Program-made: the position numbers and the translations under genes
The notes under the pieces: model-generated
The model's database searches: none
Told to the model about the DNA's origin: nothing
Seen by the model: only the letters and a program-made list of their open reading frames with translations
In this document: positions 1 through 13,445 of the stretch, one piece after another
How the letters are laid out: the number at the start of each line of letters is the position of its first letter
Numbering within the stretch: position 1 is the stretch's first letter
From: Ruditapes philippinarum
Taxonomy: Eukaryota
Assembly: GCF_026571515.1 (NCBI RefSeq)
Contig: NW_026862141.1
Coordinates: forward strand, 1 to 64,000
Direction of reading: 5' to 3'
DNA length: 64,000 nucleotides

Positions 1-189
1 GGGGTCCCGTAAAGGAAAGGTCAAGGTCACAGTGACCGTTTGGTCAATTTCTCCATTTCCAAATTCCTGTTTCCATTCACATTATTCACAGTGGGGGAGA
101 CAGGCGCTTTTTTTACAAAAGCATTCCCTTCTAGTTTCGATATACATTTTTTCCTTATAGTTAATAGACAATAAACAAAAATATCCTTT

Positions 190-3100
190 AATTTAGGTAA
201 TGCCTCCATTAATATTTTTGTGTATAAGGTGATGCGCTTTAGCCCTTTAATATCATTGATTTTCTTTTATAAGATGATGCTCCATTTAATATTCTTTTTA
301 TAAGATGATCTTACAATGATATTCTTGTATAAGGCTAATGCTAATATATCCGTTTATTAAGGTTATGCTACATAGATAAAATTTGTTTTAAAGGTCGATT
401 GCCTACATGGGATATTTATTGCTTATATGGTGATACTTGATTAATTATTCTTGTTATCAGGTGGTCCTACATGTGTATTCTTGTTATAGATGCTACAATA
501 TTATTCTTGTTATAAGGTTATGCCTACAATCTTTCTTGTTATAAAGGCAATGCTTACAATGATATTCTTGTTATAAGGCAATGCTACAATGATATTCTTG
601 TTATAAGGTGATCCTACAATAATTATTCTTGTTATAAGGCCATGCCTACAATAATATTCTTGTTAAAAAGGCCCAATGCCCTTCAATGTTATTTCTGTTA
701 AGGTACAACTACATTGATATTCTTGTTATAAGGTGATGCTTCAATGTTATTCTTGTTATAAGGTGAATGCTACAATGATATTCTTGTTATATATCCGCAT
801 ATGCTTCAATGTTATTCTTGTTATAAGGTTATGCTTACAAAATGATATTCTTGTTATAACGGTGATGCTTACATTGATATTCTTGTATAATAAGTGCCAA
901 TGCTTCAATGTTATCTTTTATTAAGGTGATGATTCAATGATATTCTTGTTATAAGGTGATGCCCACATTGATATTCTTGCCTTATAAGGCAATGTTATTC
1001 CTTCAATGATATTCTTGTTATAAGGTGATGCCCTATATTGATATTCTTGTTATAAGGCAATGCTTCCTTCAATGTTATTCTTGTTTATAAGGCAATGGCT
1101 CTAACATGGATGCTTATGGATATTGTTTATAAGCAATGCCTTACATTGATATTTCTTGTTATAAGGGCAATGCTACAATGAATAATTCTTTGTTATAAGG
1201 CAATGCTTACAATGATATTCTTGTTATAAGGCCCAATGCTTCAATGTTATCTTGTTATAAGGTGATGCGTGTTACAATGATTATTCTTGTTATAAGATGA
1301 TGCTTCCATTGATATTCTTGTTATTAAGATGATGCTTCAATGTTATTTTTGTTATATGGTTGATGCTAACAATGATATTCTTGTTATAAGGTGATGCTAC
1401 ATTGATATTCTTGTTATAAGATGATGCTTCAATGCTGTTATTTTTGTCTTTATTATGGTTGATGCTACAATGATAAATTCTTGTCTATAAGCAATGCTAA
1501 CAATGATATTCTTGTATATAAGGTGATGCTACAATGATATTCTTGTTATAAGCGAGTGATGCTACATTGATATTCTTGTTAAAAGGTGAATGCTACATTG
1601 TATTCTTTATTTCTTGTTATAAGATGATGCTTCAATGATATTTTTGTTATATGGTGATGCTACAATGATATTCTTGTTATAAGGCAATGCTACAATGATA
1701 TTCTTGTTATAAGGCAATGCTACAATGATATTCTTGTTATAAGGCAATGCTACAATGATATTCTTGTTATAAGGTTTGATGCTACATTGATATTCTTGTT
1801 ACAAGGTGATACTTCAATGTGTATTCTTGTTATAAGGCAATGCTACAATGATATTCTTGTTATAAGGCAATGCTACATATGATATTTCTTGTTATAAGGC
1901 AATGCTTCAATGACATTCTTGTTATTAAGGTGATGCTACAATGATATTCTTGTTTATAAGGTGATGGTACATTGATATTCTTGTTAATAAGGTGATACTC
2001 AATGTTATTCGTGTAATAAGGTGATGCTACAATGATATTCTTGTTATAAGGCAATGCTACAATGATATTCTTGTTATAAGGCAATGCTACAATGATATTC
2101 TTGTTATAAGGTGATGCTACAATGATATTCTTGTTATAAGGTGATGGTACATTGATATTCCTGTTATAAGGTGATACTTCAATGTTATTCTTGTTATAAG
2201 GCAATGCTAAAATGATATTCTTGTTATAAGGCAATGCTACAATGTTATTCTTGTTATAAGGCAATGCTTCAATGATATTCTTGTTATAAGGTGATGCTAC
2301 AATGATATTCTTGTTATAAGGTGATGCTACATTGATATTCTTGTTATAAGGTGATACTTCAATGTTATTCTTGTTATAAGGCAATGCTACAATGATAGTC
2401 TTGTTATAAGGCAATGCTACAATGTTATTCTTGTTATAAGGCAATGCTTCAATGATATTCTTGTTATAAGGTGATGCTACATTGATATTCTTGTTATAAG
2501 GTGATGCTACATTGATATTCTTGTTATAAGGTGATACTTCAATGTTATTCTTGTTATAAGGCAATGCTACAATGTTATTCTTGTTATAAGGTGATGCTAC
2601 AATGTTATTCTTGTTATAAGGCAATGCTTCAATGATATTCTTGTTATAAGGTGATGGTACATTGATATTCTTGTTATAAGGTGATACTTCAATGTTATTC
2701 TTGTTATAAGGCAATGCTACAATGATATTCTTGTTATAAGGCAATGCTACAATGTTATTCTTGTTATAAGGCAATGCTACAATGATATTCTTGTTATAAG
2801 GCAATGCTTCAATGTTATTCTTGTTATTAGGTGATGCTACAATGTTATTCTTGTTATAAGGCAATGCTACAATAATATTCTTGTTATAAGGCAATGCTAC
2901 AATGTTATTCTTGTTATAAGGTGATGCTACATTGATATTCTTGTTATAAGGCAATGCTTCAATGTTATTCTTGTTATAAGGTGATGCTACAATGTTATTC
3001 TTGTTATAAGGTGATGCTACAATGTTATTCTTGTTATAAGGCAATGTACCCTTCAAATGTTATTCTTGTTATAAGGCAATGCTACAATGTTATTCTTGTT

Positions 3101-3270
3101 ATAAGGTGATGCTACAATGATATTCTTGTTATAAGGCAATGCTTCAATGTTATTCTTGTTATAAGGTGATGCTACATTGATATTGTTGTTATAAGGTGAT
3201 GCTACATTGATATTGTTTTAAGGTGATGCTTCATTGGTATTCTTGTTATAAAGTGATGCTGCAATGCCTT
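190..3270. repeat. Minisatellite, 30-bp unit AATGATATTCTTGTTATAAGGCAATGCTAC
   Basis: Exact 30-bp period from about 2000 to 3050; indel-rich before that. Confidence 0.97.
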
Positions 3271-3493
3271 CACTAAAATGACAATTATAAATTATTGATA
3301 AATACATGTATGCTTCATTATATTTCAAAGAACATACTTTAATATTTATCATCTAACAATTTTGTGTCTGTATTGCTGTTGTGTGTTTTTTTTTCTGCAA
3401 CTGGTATTTTTTGTATCACAATGTTGTCCGGTAAAGAAGAGAAAAAAGACACGATATGCTGGAAGCAGGCTGTTTAGAAAATTGAATCTGGGA

Positions 3494-3545
3494 ATGTCAT
3501 TCATTTTGTTCTCGCAATCTCCAGCCCCGAGGGGAGCCAAACAAT
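3494..3545 (+). CDS. PDE1: Candidate alternative first coding exon (MSFILFSQSPAPRGAKQ), phase 1
   Basis: ATG, 17 codons plus T, then GTAAGA; locally higher GC with CpG. Confidence 0.4.
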
Positions 3546-4717
3546 GTAAGAAAATCTATAGAGGATTTCTATGTATATTTAGTGTCGTCATGTAACTAAG
3601 CTTCCAGCCTACAACTCTTATGTTAACTATCTATATTCTGAGGCAAATCTTTTCCTAGCTTTTTCTCAAGTTTTTGTATGAGCTATATACTGGTAAATTG
3701 AAACTTCTTTTGCCAAGTTGATTGAAATAATACTTTGTTTACCATTGACATTAATTTAAAACCTGAGTTACAGAGTTCACTATAATCGGGACGTATCTTG
3801 GTTTAAATGTATTTGCAGGCCAAAGTCTGCTTATGCCTTCCTAGAACTTTTTTTGTCTAAGAATGTCAGAGGTGCATTTTGGCATATATTAAGTACAAGT
3901 AAAAATGTATGTTGAATGTTACTTTCAACTTGAAAAGCTTTGAAGGAATTCAATTAAATGTTCACACAGTAATATGGACTGGTGGGAGGAAGTGCACTGT
4001 CCAAGTACCATAACTCCGCCTTGCTTAATTTTAAATCTTCCATAATGCTTGATACACTTGCTTATATTGCCTTTATTTATAGACTGATGTCTTACATATT
4101 TGGTAAGAACATTTGATGGTCTAACTTTGGGTATAGTCTAGAAGGGTAACTTGGGTCAAGGTCACTGTTGCTTAATACAGACATTTACACTTTTGCTCAT
4201 AGGTGAACTTCTTTCATATTTTTGTACATATACATGTATCATTGGTTGCGTCAATTCTTGAAAATAGATTTTTACAATCTTTACTTATTGACTAATGTGC
4301 ATTAAAATACATTGACAAATATGCAGGTTGGGAGAATCAGTCACACTAAGCAATATTTTCTTGATGTCTATATTTAGACATATTACAATAGAGAAGACTA
4401 GGTATTTATTACAAAAATCATCATTCTCTCATAACCAATAATTACCAGTTGTGTTTCAACCCTTTAATTTATATAGGAGATAATTTACTAGGGATGTCCT
4501 TTGTGTTGGAAACTGGGAATATTTAAGTACAAGAATTATTCTTTCAGTTATTATATACATATGAAATGTGATGACTTAATGATTGTCTCCTAATATCTTC
4601 ATGTTTATGTCATGTACAGTATGTAAGACTACATTATAACATAGTTTGACAAGGTTCTGTAAGTGTAAAAACATTAAACATGTATGTACCTCCTTCTACA
4701 CTTGGATTTTAGGTGTA

Positions 4718-5295
4718 TTTTTAGCTCACCTAAGCACAAATTTATCAGATCTCCTTAACCACTTAGAAGGATTTGATCAAACTTTATAGGAATTTAGGTG
4801 ACTGACTACATAAGTTATTTGAATGGTTCAAATCAGATTTACAATTGAAAATTAAATCTTAAAAAATCTACACCTCAGAAATTATATTTGCCCAGAGCTT
4901 AGATATTTGACATGTTGTATTTCCTTGTGATTCTCTGCAAAATTTATTATAATGAATCTAACCTCCTAGGGTAAAAATTGGCCCAGAGTGTATTGGGGTC
5001 ACTTATTTTACATTAGGAAACAGAATTTTAAAATGTTCACCCCAGCGTCAAAATTGGTCCAACCATTGGGTTGACTAGTTTACACAGACTTGAAAATTGC
5101 TTGTGGGAAGCTACATAACTCATGGAAGAACTTAGATATTAGCCATATAGCTTTGCCTATTTGACCCCCTGTAAAATGATTTGAATCAACGCCCTCTTGT
5201 CAAAAGTGACCCTGGTCCCAATATCACTCCATGACTTCAGACTTATCTGTATTAAAAAATAGTAACAGGTCTCTGGTAACATCGCCCTCTTGTTT
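4718..5295 (+). mobile_element. Degenerate HINE-like remnant
   Basis: tttttagctcacct start, repeated aaaattggccc/ggggtcac segments, gccctcttgttt end. Confidence 0.45.
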
Positions 5296-6231
5296 CTGTA
5301 TATTTTATTATAATTATTATTCTAAAATGTTCCCTGAAGATGAAAAATTCTGGCAAACTTGGGCAGTATTAGTTTTTTTATCGTTAGTATACAAGTTTCT
5401 GTGATGGACAATATGTAAATGAAATCTCCTACAGACGTTATTGAGTGAACATTCGCATGTTAGGAAAGGCAAATTTTGTCCAATTTGCATGTCTTGTCAG
5501 ATAAGATTCACTTAATCATTGTGTTTTAGTTTTTAAAGATACTTGAAAAACAGTAGGATTATGAACTAAATCAAGTTGTTCATAAATTTTTGGCTGCAGC
5601 ATGCAAAATAATTGACAGTGTATGTGAGAGGTGATGGGATCTTGTTACAGGATAGCTGCTGCTCACATCCTTTATGGAGACAAAAGTTTCTCCATTCTCT
5701 AGAGAGAATATAGGGAAACATGATGAACTGATTTTTCCACAATAAAATATACAATTTTGGACCTAAGTTTGTGGTTTTGTTTCGCACATGTTTTTAAGTA
5801 TATAAGTGTAGTTGAACACCTTATTATAACAACATGGTTGGAGACTAAATTATAAATGGACACTTGTTTGCTGGATTGATGTGACTGTAGTTATTGTATT
5901 ATACAGTCTCTGCTGAACAATATTTACATTCCAGTCTGTCAATAACATACTTGCTGGAAAAAAATCAGATTGGGGGAAAAAAAAGAAAAATAGAAAATAC
6001 AGATCGGGCAAAAATAACAGTGTTTTGATTGAAAAGAAAACTTAAATGAAAAAGTAACATTTTGGGGAAAAAAAGCAATTAATAGATAAAGACTTACAGG
6101 TTGAAAAAAAATACATTTAATTTAAAAAGAAGTTGATCCAGAAGAACTTGAAATTTACTGTTTCTGTTATTATATATGGATGTGAATGATTTCTTGTTGA
6201 AGAGGAACATTGAGGAATACAAGTTATAAGT

Positions 6232-6271
6232 ATGCAAAGAGCACGCAAAGTATCTCGACCACCACAATATG
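6232..6271 (+). CDS. PDE1: Candidate alternative first coding exon (MQRARKVSRPPQY), phase 1
   Basis: ATG, 13 codons plus G, then a strong G|GTGAGT donor; G+TG gives Val on joining 27644. Confidence 0.55.
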
Positions 6272-7119
6272 GTGAGTTTTAATTTATGACACAAGTTTTA
6301 TATCAGTCACATAAATGTGACTAAAATTGAGATTTATTTATGCTCTCATTAAGCCCTAGTAGCAATATTGTGGTACATATGTCACCAGATTAGAATGGGG
6401 ACAGGTACTGTACATCCATGTTATCTCACATAAATGTATGGTTTACTGCAAATTTCCCCTACATCAAAAGTATAATTTATTTTGATTTTTTATCAAATTT
6501 CCCCTAAATCGAAAGTAAAATAAATGGTTGACGGTCAAACAGTTATGGTAACCTTACAAGATACAAAGGCCCGTGCTATCTAAGAAGCTGTTTTGTAATG
6601 GTTGATATAGCTTGAATTTAAAGTTTGCAAGTTTAAGTGTTTGTGTCCACTGTGTAGATTCAGAAGCATAAAAATTGCTGACAACTTATCTATTTACTAA
6701 ATTTAAGAAAGGATTGATCAAAAAATATTTTTTTATCTATATACATTTATACCTTAATTTATAAGATCTTCACTGACATCTAGCCTAAGGATTCAGGAAA
6801 ATAATAGTATACAGTGAGACAGCTGTCTTTATTTCAATAACTATCACCAGTTAAATCAGGTAAAATATTAGTAAATCTCAGTTCTCATGATTTCTTTTAT
6901 ATAGGAGACAAAAAACTAATTATGATTTGATGTGTTGAATCATTAATGTGCTTTGTAAAATAACAAAAAAATCAGCAAGGGTGGCAAAATCAATTGTCCA
7001 TTTTGCCCAGATTGTCCCACAGCCTGTATGGGCAAGTGGAAATATTTAAGAATTTACAGTATAAATATTATACAGACAAGTTAAATAATGCATCGGATAA
7101 AAACAGGCAAGTAAGTCAA

Positions 7120-8610
7120 AATCTCATATTTATGTCATTGTGTACAATATCTCAAGTTTATATGTCATTCTGTGCAATAAACCTCATATTTATGATATTA
7201 TGTACAGTGCCTTATGTTAATGTCATTGTGTGCAATGTCTCATGTTTATGTCATTGTTTGCAGTACCTCATATTTATGTCATTATGTACAGTACCTCAAA
7301 TTTATGTCATTATGTACAATATCATATGTTTATGTCATTGTGTACAATATCTCATGTTTATGTCATTGTGTATAATATCTCATGTTTATGTCATTGTGTA
7401 CAGTACATCATGTTTATGTCATTATGTACAGTACCTCAAATTTATGTCATTGTGTACAATATCTTATATTTATGTCATTGTATACAATATCTCAAGTTTA
7501 TGTCATTGTGTACAATATCTCATGTTTATGTCATTGTGTACAGTACATCATGTTTATGTCATTGTGTACAGTACCTCATATTTGTATCATTGTGTACAGT
7601 ACCTCATGTTTATGTCATTGTGTACAGTATCTCATGTTTATGTCATTGTGTGCAGTACCTCATGTCTATGTCATTGTGTACAGTACCTCATTTTTATGTC
7701 ATTGTCTACAATATCATATGTTTATGTCATTGTGTAGAATATTTCATGTTCATGTCATTCTGTGCAATGTCTCATGCTTATGTCATTGTGTACAGTACCT
7801 CATATTTATGATATTGTATATAGTGTCTTATGTTTATGTCATTGTGTATATTACCTCATATTTATGGTATTGTATATTAGTGTCTTATGTTTATGTCATT
7901 GTGTGCAATGTCTCATGTTTATATCATTGTGTACAATATCTCATGTTTATTAAATTGTATACAATATCTCATGTTTATGTCATTGTGCACAGTATCTCAT
8001 TTTTATGTCATTGTGTACAATATCTTATGTTTATGTCAATGTGTACAGTATTTCATGTTTATGTCATTATGTGCAGTATATCATGTTTATGTTATTGTGT
8101 ACACTATCTCATGTTTATGTCATTGTGTTCAGTATATCATGTTTATGTTATTGTGTACAATATCTCATGTTTATGTACCGCCTCCGTGGTCGAGGGGTTA
8201 GAGTGGACGACTTCTCATCCAGTTACCTCTCTGAAGTGGGCTCGATCCCTGGGAGATGCTTTGGTAGTTTAGCACAGAGGAAGGTAGTCTAGTAGTGGTG
8301 TAACACTCCAGGAACAATGGTTAGGAAACAACCCGCCTATATGACTGAGAAATACTGTTGGAAAAAGGCGTAAAATGAAACGAACAAACATCATGTTTAT
8401 GTCATTGTGTACAGTATCTCATGTTAATGTCAATGTGTACAGTATATCATGTTTATGTCATTGTGTACAGTGTCTCATGTTTATGTCATTGTGTGCAATA
8501 TCTAATGTTAATGTCATTGTGTACAATATATCATGTTTATGTCATTATTGTGTATTTTGTTGACCTGTTTTTGTCATAATTGTGCAGAATATCATATGTT
8601 TATGTCATTA
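7120..8610. repeat. Minisatellite, 28-bp unit TCATGTTTATGTCATTGTGTACAGTACC, interrupted by a SINE
   Basis: Direct periodicity; produces a 28-aa periodic pseudo-ORF in all three + frames. Confidence 0.96.
8177..8390 (+). mobile_element. Short tRNA-derived SINE inserted in the 28-bp minisatellite
   Basis: A-box-like TGGTCGAGGGG, B-box-like GGCTCGATCCC, AAAC-type tail; TCATGTTTATGT on both sides. Confidence 0.8.
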
Positions 8611-8639
8611 TTGTGGTCTTTGGTATTAACATGCCCATG

Positions 8640-9175
8640 GCTAGTATATGAGTCCTTCTGATATAGGTCATTAGGTCAAAGGTCAAGGTCACAGAGACAC
8701 TAAATGTAAAATCCTGGTCAAATCAATAATTTGAAAAGGAAAAAGCCTTGATTATTAAAACTGAATAGTTATTGATTATGGCCTCTTCACAACCCCAATA
8801 TGTTCTGAAGACATTATAAATGTAAAAAATCAAGGTTCCAGTATCATGGTGATAAAATCTTGTCCAATCTATGACTTGAGAAGGAATAAACCTAAACTTA
8901 ATAGGGATGTTACCCTTAAGCAGTAGATGACCCTTATATTTTGTGGTCATTAGGTCAAGGTCAAAATGACATTTAATGTGAAATCATTGTAATATACTTG
9001 AGTTTCTCACTCTAGTTTTCTGAAATTTATTAATTAAAATACTATTTTTACATTTTTTATATACATTACTTTTTAATAGTAGAAGGTAATTACTTTTGTA
9101 TCTATATAATGTCACTGGTAATTATAGACAAATAAATTGGTGGCATCAGTGTCATATGGAAGTATTTCTAGTTAT
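8640..9175 (+). mobile_element. Degenerate HINE-like remnant
   Basis: GGTCAAAGGTCAAGGTCAC core motifs; 3' end ggcatcagtgtcatatgga...atttctagtt matches 39718-39750. Confidence 0.55.
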
Positions 9176-10148
9176 TCTTAAAACCCAATGAATTTATTTC
9201 AAGATCTGCAAGTCATCATACTGCAGATATGATTATGATAAACTCTTCAAATGATGAAACAATAACCCTTCTTTATTTGGCATAAAATGACTAAAAATGT
9301 GATGCCAACAAAAGCAAGACAAAAAAAAAGAACAATGCTTCATTGAACAGGGATTTAAAGCAAGACCATTGTTACCAGTAAATACTTAGAGGTTACATAC
9401 CATCTAGAATTCTTTATCGAGTTTAACTATTGGTATTCAGTCTGATACTTGTAATAAAAGAGAAATTTAAGTAATTTCTGGTTACTTTATTAGCCGATTT
9501 TCCATGTTTGATTTCTCAAAAGACAGCAGTTATTTACCAATAAAATGTAAATAGGGAATTATTACAAAAATAATTGAATAATATCTTCAATTGTTGGCAG
9601 AATACAGTAAAATAAACTATAATTTGAAATGATTTGAATATTCAGTATAATTAATAAGAAAGACACAATCTCTACTGTGGTTTAAGTTCAGTTAGACTCC
9701 TAAACTTGGCTTGTCTTATCCCCCCCGGCAATGTTTAGGCATTTGCTAACATATCATTCTATAGTTTTAACCTTGTTCTACTGTATGCTACTAGAAATTT
9801 TTGTGAATGGAAGTTATTCTCAAATATTTGATTGTGCAAAAATTATTTCTTCTTAGGAAAACTTTATTCTATCATTTGCAAACACGTTTTTATACATGAA
9901 TAAATTTGACTGTTCAGGCTCTGAGATTTTTTCTCATTGCATGTTTGTTTAAGTTTTAACAAATCATAATTTTATGTTTTAATGAAACAATATATGTGTG
10001 TTAAATAACACAATAGGTTATTCATATAACAAAAGAATGTTTCAAAATATGACAAAGAAATGTGTGATCAGGTCTTTATCAAACTAACAGAATTTATATT
10101 TCAAACAGTTATATATGTTAAATAATAAAAGTATGAAACAACTGAATA

Positions 10149-10488
10149 GGGGCCTCCGTGGCCGAGTGGTTAAGGTTGCTGACTTGAGATCACAGGTCCC
10201 TCACCGCTGTAGGTTCAATCCTCACTCGGGTCGAAATCTTTCATGTGAGGAAGCCATCCAGCTGGCTTACGGAAGGTTGGTGGTTCTAACCAGGTGCCCG
10301 CTCGTGCCTGAAATAATGCCCGAAGGGGCACCTGGGGTCTTCTTCCACCAATAAAGCTGGAAAAAAATCGACGAAAAATCTCGGCGGGACGCTCTAGGAT
10401 GACCCGACTTGAGTGTACGGTCGCCCATATGGGCTTTCCGGCGGCGACCTTAAATAAACGCATTAAAAAAACAAAAAAAACAACAAAA
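10149..10488 (+). mobile_element. Full-length, young tRNA-derived SINE (probably Meta/MESC-type core) with 13-bp TSD
   Basis: A box TGGCCGAGTGG at 10159, B box GGTTCAATCC at 10212, CpG-rich body, 3' hairpin, A-rich tail; TSD AAACAACTGAATA at 10136-10148 and 10489-10501. Confidence 0.9.
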
Positions 10489-11419
10489 AAACAACTGAAT
10501 ATATTGATTACAATAACGGCATAGTCTTAACATGTACCTGCGTAATTAACAGTGTTAAATTCAAGAAATCATATTTTTGCAAAAATTTCTGCATGCTAAA
10601 ACTCCAATTTTTGACATTCGCAAAATTTTTGTGACGCATAAATATCCACTTATACAGTATCTAGAAGTCATTTGTCAGATAATTATTAAAATATTAGCAT
10701 AGTTGATTCACCATACATCAGTCAACTGATCGCCAGTGTTTTCTAGGGAATAGAACTGATCATGATTTTAAAGGAAAGTATTTTAAAGACAACAAGCCCT
10801 TGAACAATAAGCATATATAATATGCCTTAAATAACAGTGTCATAAAGGGGACATAGGAAATCTTTTATTTACAATGTGACCACACAATAGATATTATGTA
10901 TGCACGCAATAGCTGGTACATCTGCTGACAATAGTGGCCAAACAGTAGCTTATATATGGCAAGGGGATGCATTTTACATATGAAAGCATACATAATATAC
11001 ATCACATGTCCAAGTAATAGCTGTCACATGAGCATGTTATAGCCATAGTGGCCTCAGCCATTGTGGCCTCATTATATTGTCACATGTACACATACTAGCT
11101 TTTACATGCACACATTGTAAATAAAAAAACTTGAATGTCTCTTTTATGCCATAGTATTAAATAGAAAATATCTGAAAAACAAATTAATTCAACTTTTACT
11201 TTGATTTTTGTATCACTTGCTACAGAGTAGCTGCAATATATATTAGGATCATTTCTCACTTGTAAGTCCATCCATCACAAAATTTGTCCGGACTACTCCT
11301 TAATAACTATTAGTGCAATTTCATCCAAACTTACTGAAATGATCTGTCAGTCAAAGTGTGGCTATCTTCAGCATTTTCAAGTGCATTGACTTTAAAGCTT
11401 GGCCAGACCAATGTCTCAA

Positions 11420-13445
11420 AGTAGCACTGGTGTAAAAATAAGACATCTGGCCTGACCAATGTGATAAACTAGCATTGATGTAGAGATAAGACTAGCACTG
11501 GTGTAGAGATACAAAGCCATCTGGCCTGAACAATATGTTAAACTAGCACTAGTGTAGAAATAAGAAGACATTTGGCCTGATCAATGTGTTAAACTAGCAA
11601 TGATATAAAGATAAGTAGACATCCAGTCTGATCAATATGTTAAACAAGCACTGATGTAGCGATAAGTAGACATCCCACCTGATCAATGTGTTAAACCAGC
11701 ATTGATGTAGAGATAAGAAGACATCTGGCCTGATCAATGTGTTTAACCAGCATTGATGTAGAGATATGTAGACATCCAGCCTGATCAATGTTATAAAAGT
11801 CATTGATGTAGAGATAAGAAGATGTCCGGCCTGATCAATGTGATAAACTAGCATTGATGAAGAGATAAGTAGACATCCCACATGATCAATGTGTTTTAAC
11901 CGGCATTGATGTAGAGATATGTAGACATCCAGCCTGATCAATGTTATAAAAGAGCATTGATGTAGAGATAAGAAAACATCTGGCCTGATCAATGTGTTAA
12001 ACTAGCATTGATGTAGAGATAAGTAGACATCCAGCCCTATCAGTTTGTTAAACTAGCATTGATGTAGAGATAAGTAGACATCCAGCCCTATCAGTTTGTT
12101 AAACTAGCACTGGTGTAGAGATAAGAAGACATCTAGCCTGATCAAGGTGTTAAACTAGCATTAATGTAGAGATAAGTAGACATCAGGCCTGATCAATGTG
12201 TTAAACTAGCACTGATGTAGAGATAAGAAGACATCCAGCCTGATCAAGGTGTTAAACTAGCATTAATGTAGAGATAAGTAGACATCAGGCCTGATCAATG
12301 TGTTAAACTAGCACTGATGTAGGGATAAGAAGACATCTGGGCTGATCAAGGTGATAAACTAGCATTGATGTAGAGATTAGTAGACATCCAGCCTGATCAA
12401 TGTTATAAACTAGCTTTGATGTAGAGATAGGTAGGCATCCAACCTGATCAATGTGTTAAACCAGCATTGATGTAGATATAAGTAGACAGTCAGCCTGATA
12501 AATGTGATAAACCAGCATTGATATAGAGATAAGAATACATTTGGTATGATTAAGATGATATTAAACTAGCATTGATGTAGAGATAAGACTAGCACTGGTG
12601 TAGAGATAAGCAGACATCTGGTCTGATCAACATGTTAAACTAGCACTGATGTAGAGATAAGACTAGCACTGGTGTAGAGATAAGCAGACATCTGGTCTGA
12701 TCAACATGTTAAACTAGCACTGATGTAGAGATAAGACTAGCACTGGTGTAGAGATAAGCAGACATCTGGCCTGATCAACGTGTTAAACTAGCACTGGTGT
12801 AGAGATAAGACTAGCACTGGTGTAGAGATAAGCAGACATCTGGCCTGATCAACGTGTTAAACTAGCACTGGTGTAGAGATAAGACTAGCACTGGTGTAGA
12901 GATAAGAAGACATCTGGTCTGATCAACATGTTAAACTAGCACTGGTGTAGAGATAAGAAGACATCTGACCTGATCAATGTGATAAACTAGCACTGATATA
13001 AAGATAAGAAGACATCCAGCCTAATCAATGTGATAAACTAGCATTGATGCAGGGATAAGTCTAGCACTAATGTAGAGGTAAGAAGACATCAGGCCTGATC
13101 AATGTGTTAAACTAGCACTGATGTAAAGATAAGAAGACATCCAGCCTAATCAATGTATAAAATAGCATTGATGTAGGGATAAGAAGACATTCAGCCTGAT
13201 CAATGTGATAAACTAGCACTGATGTAGAGGTAAGAAGACATCAGGCCTGATCAACATATTAAACTAGTACTGATGTAGAGATAAGAAGACATAAGGCCTA
13301 ATCAATGTGATAAACCAGCACTGATGTAGAGATAAGAAGACATTCAGCCTGATCAATGTGATAAACCAGCACTGATGTAGAGATAAGTCGACATCAGGCT
13401 TGAACAACATGTTAAACTAGATAAGAAGACATCTTGCCTGATCAA
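11420..13445. repeat. Minisatellite, 51-bp unit, with a 74-bp variant block at about 12565-12960
   Basis: ACTAGCATT at 12001 and 12052; GACTAG at 12661 and 12735. Confidence 0.96.

Noticed and set aside
1860-3056. 398-aa minus-strand ORF (PYNKNNIVAL repeats)
   Set aside because: Translation of a stop-free 30-bp minisatellite; no unique flanking coding sequence or splice context.
6994-8563. Overlapping Cys/His-rich ORFs resembling metal-binding proteins
   Set aside because: A 28-bp unit read through all frames gives the same 28-aa cycle; repeat artefact.
10149-10230. tRNA gene
   Set aside because: The A/B boxes belong to a SINE head followed by core, tail and TSD; the same applies to 8177 and 14621.
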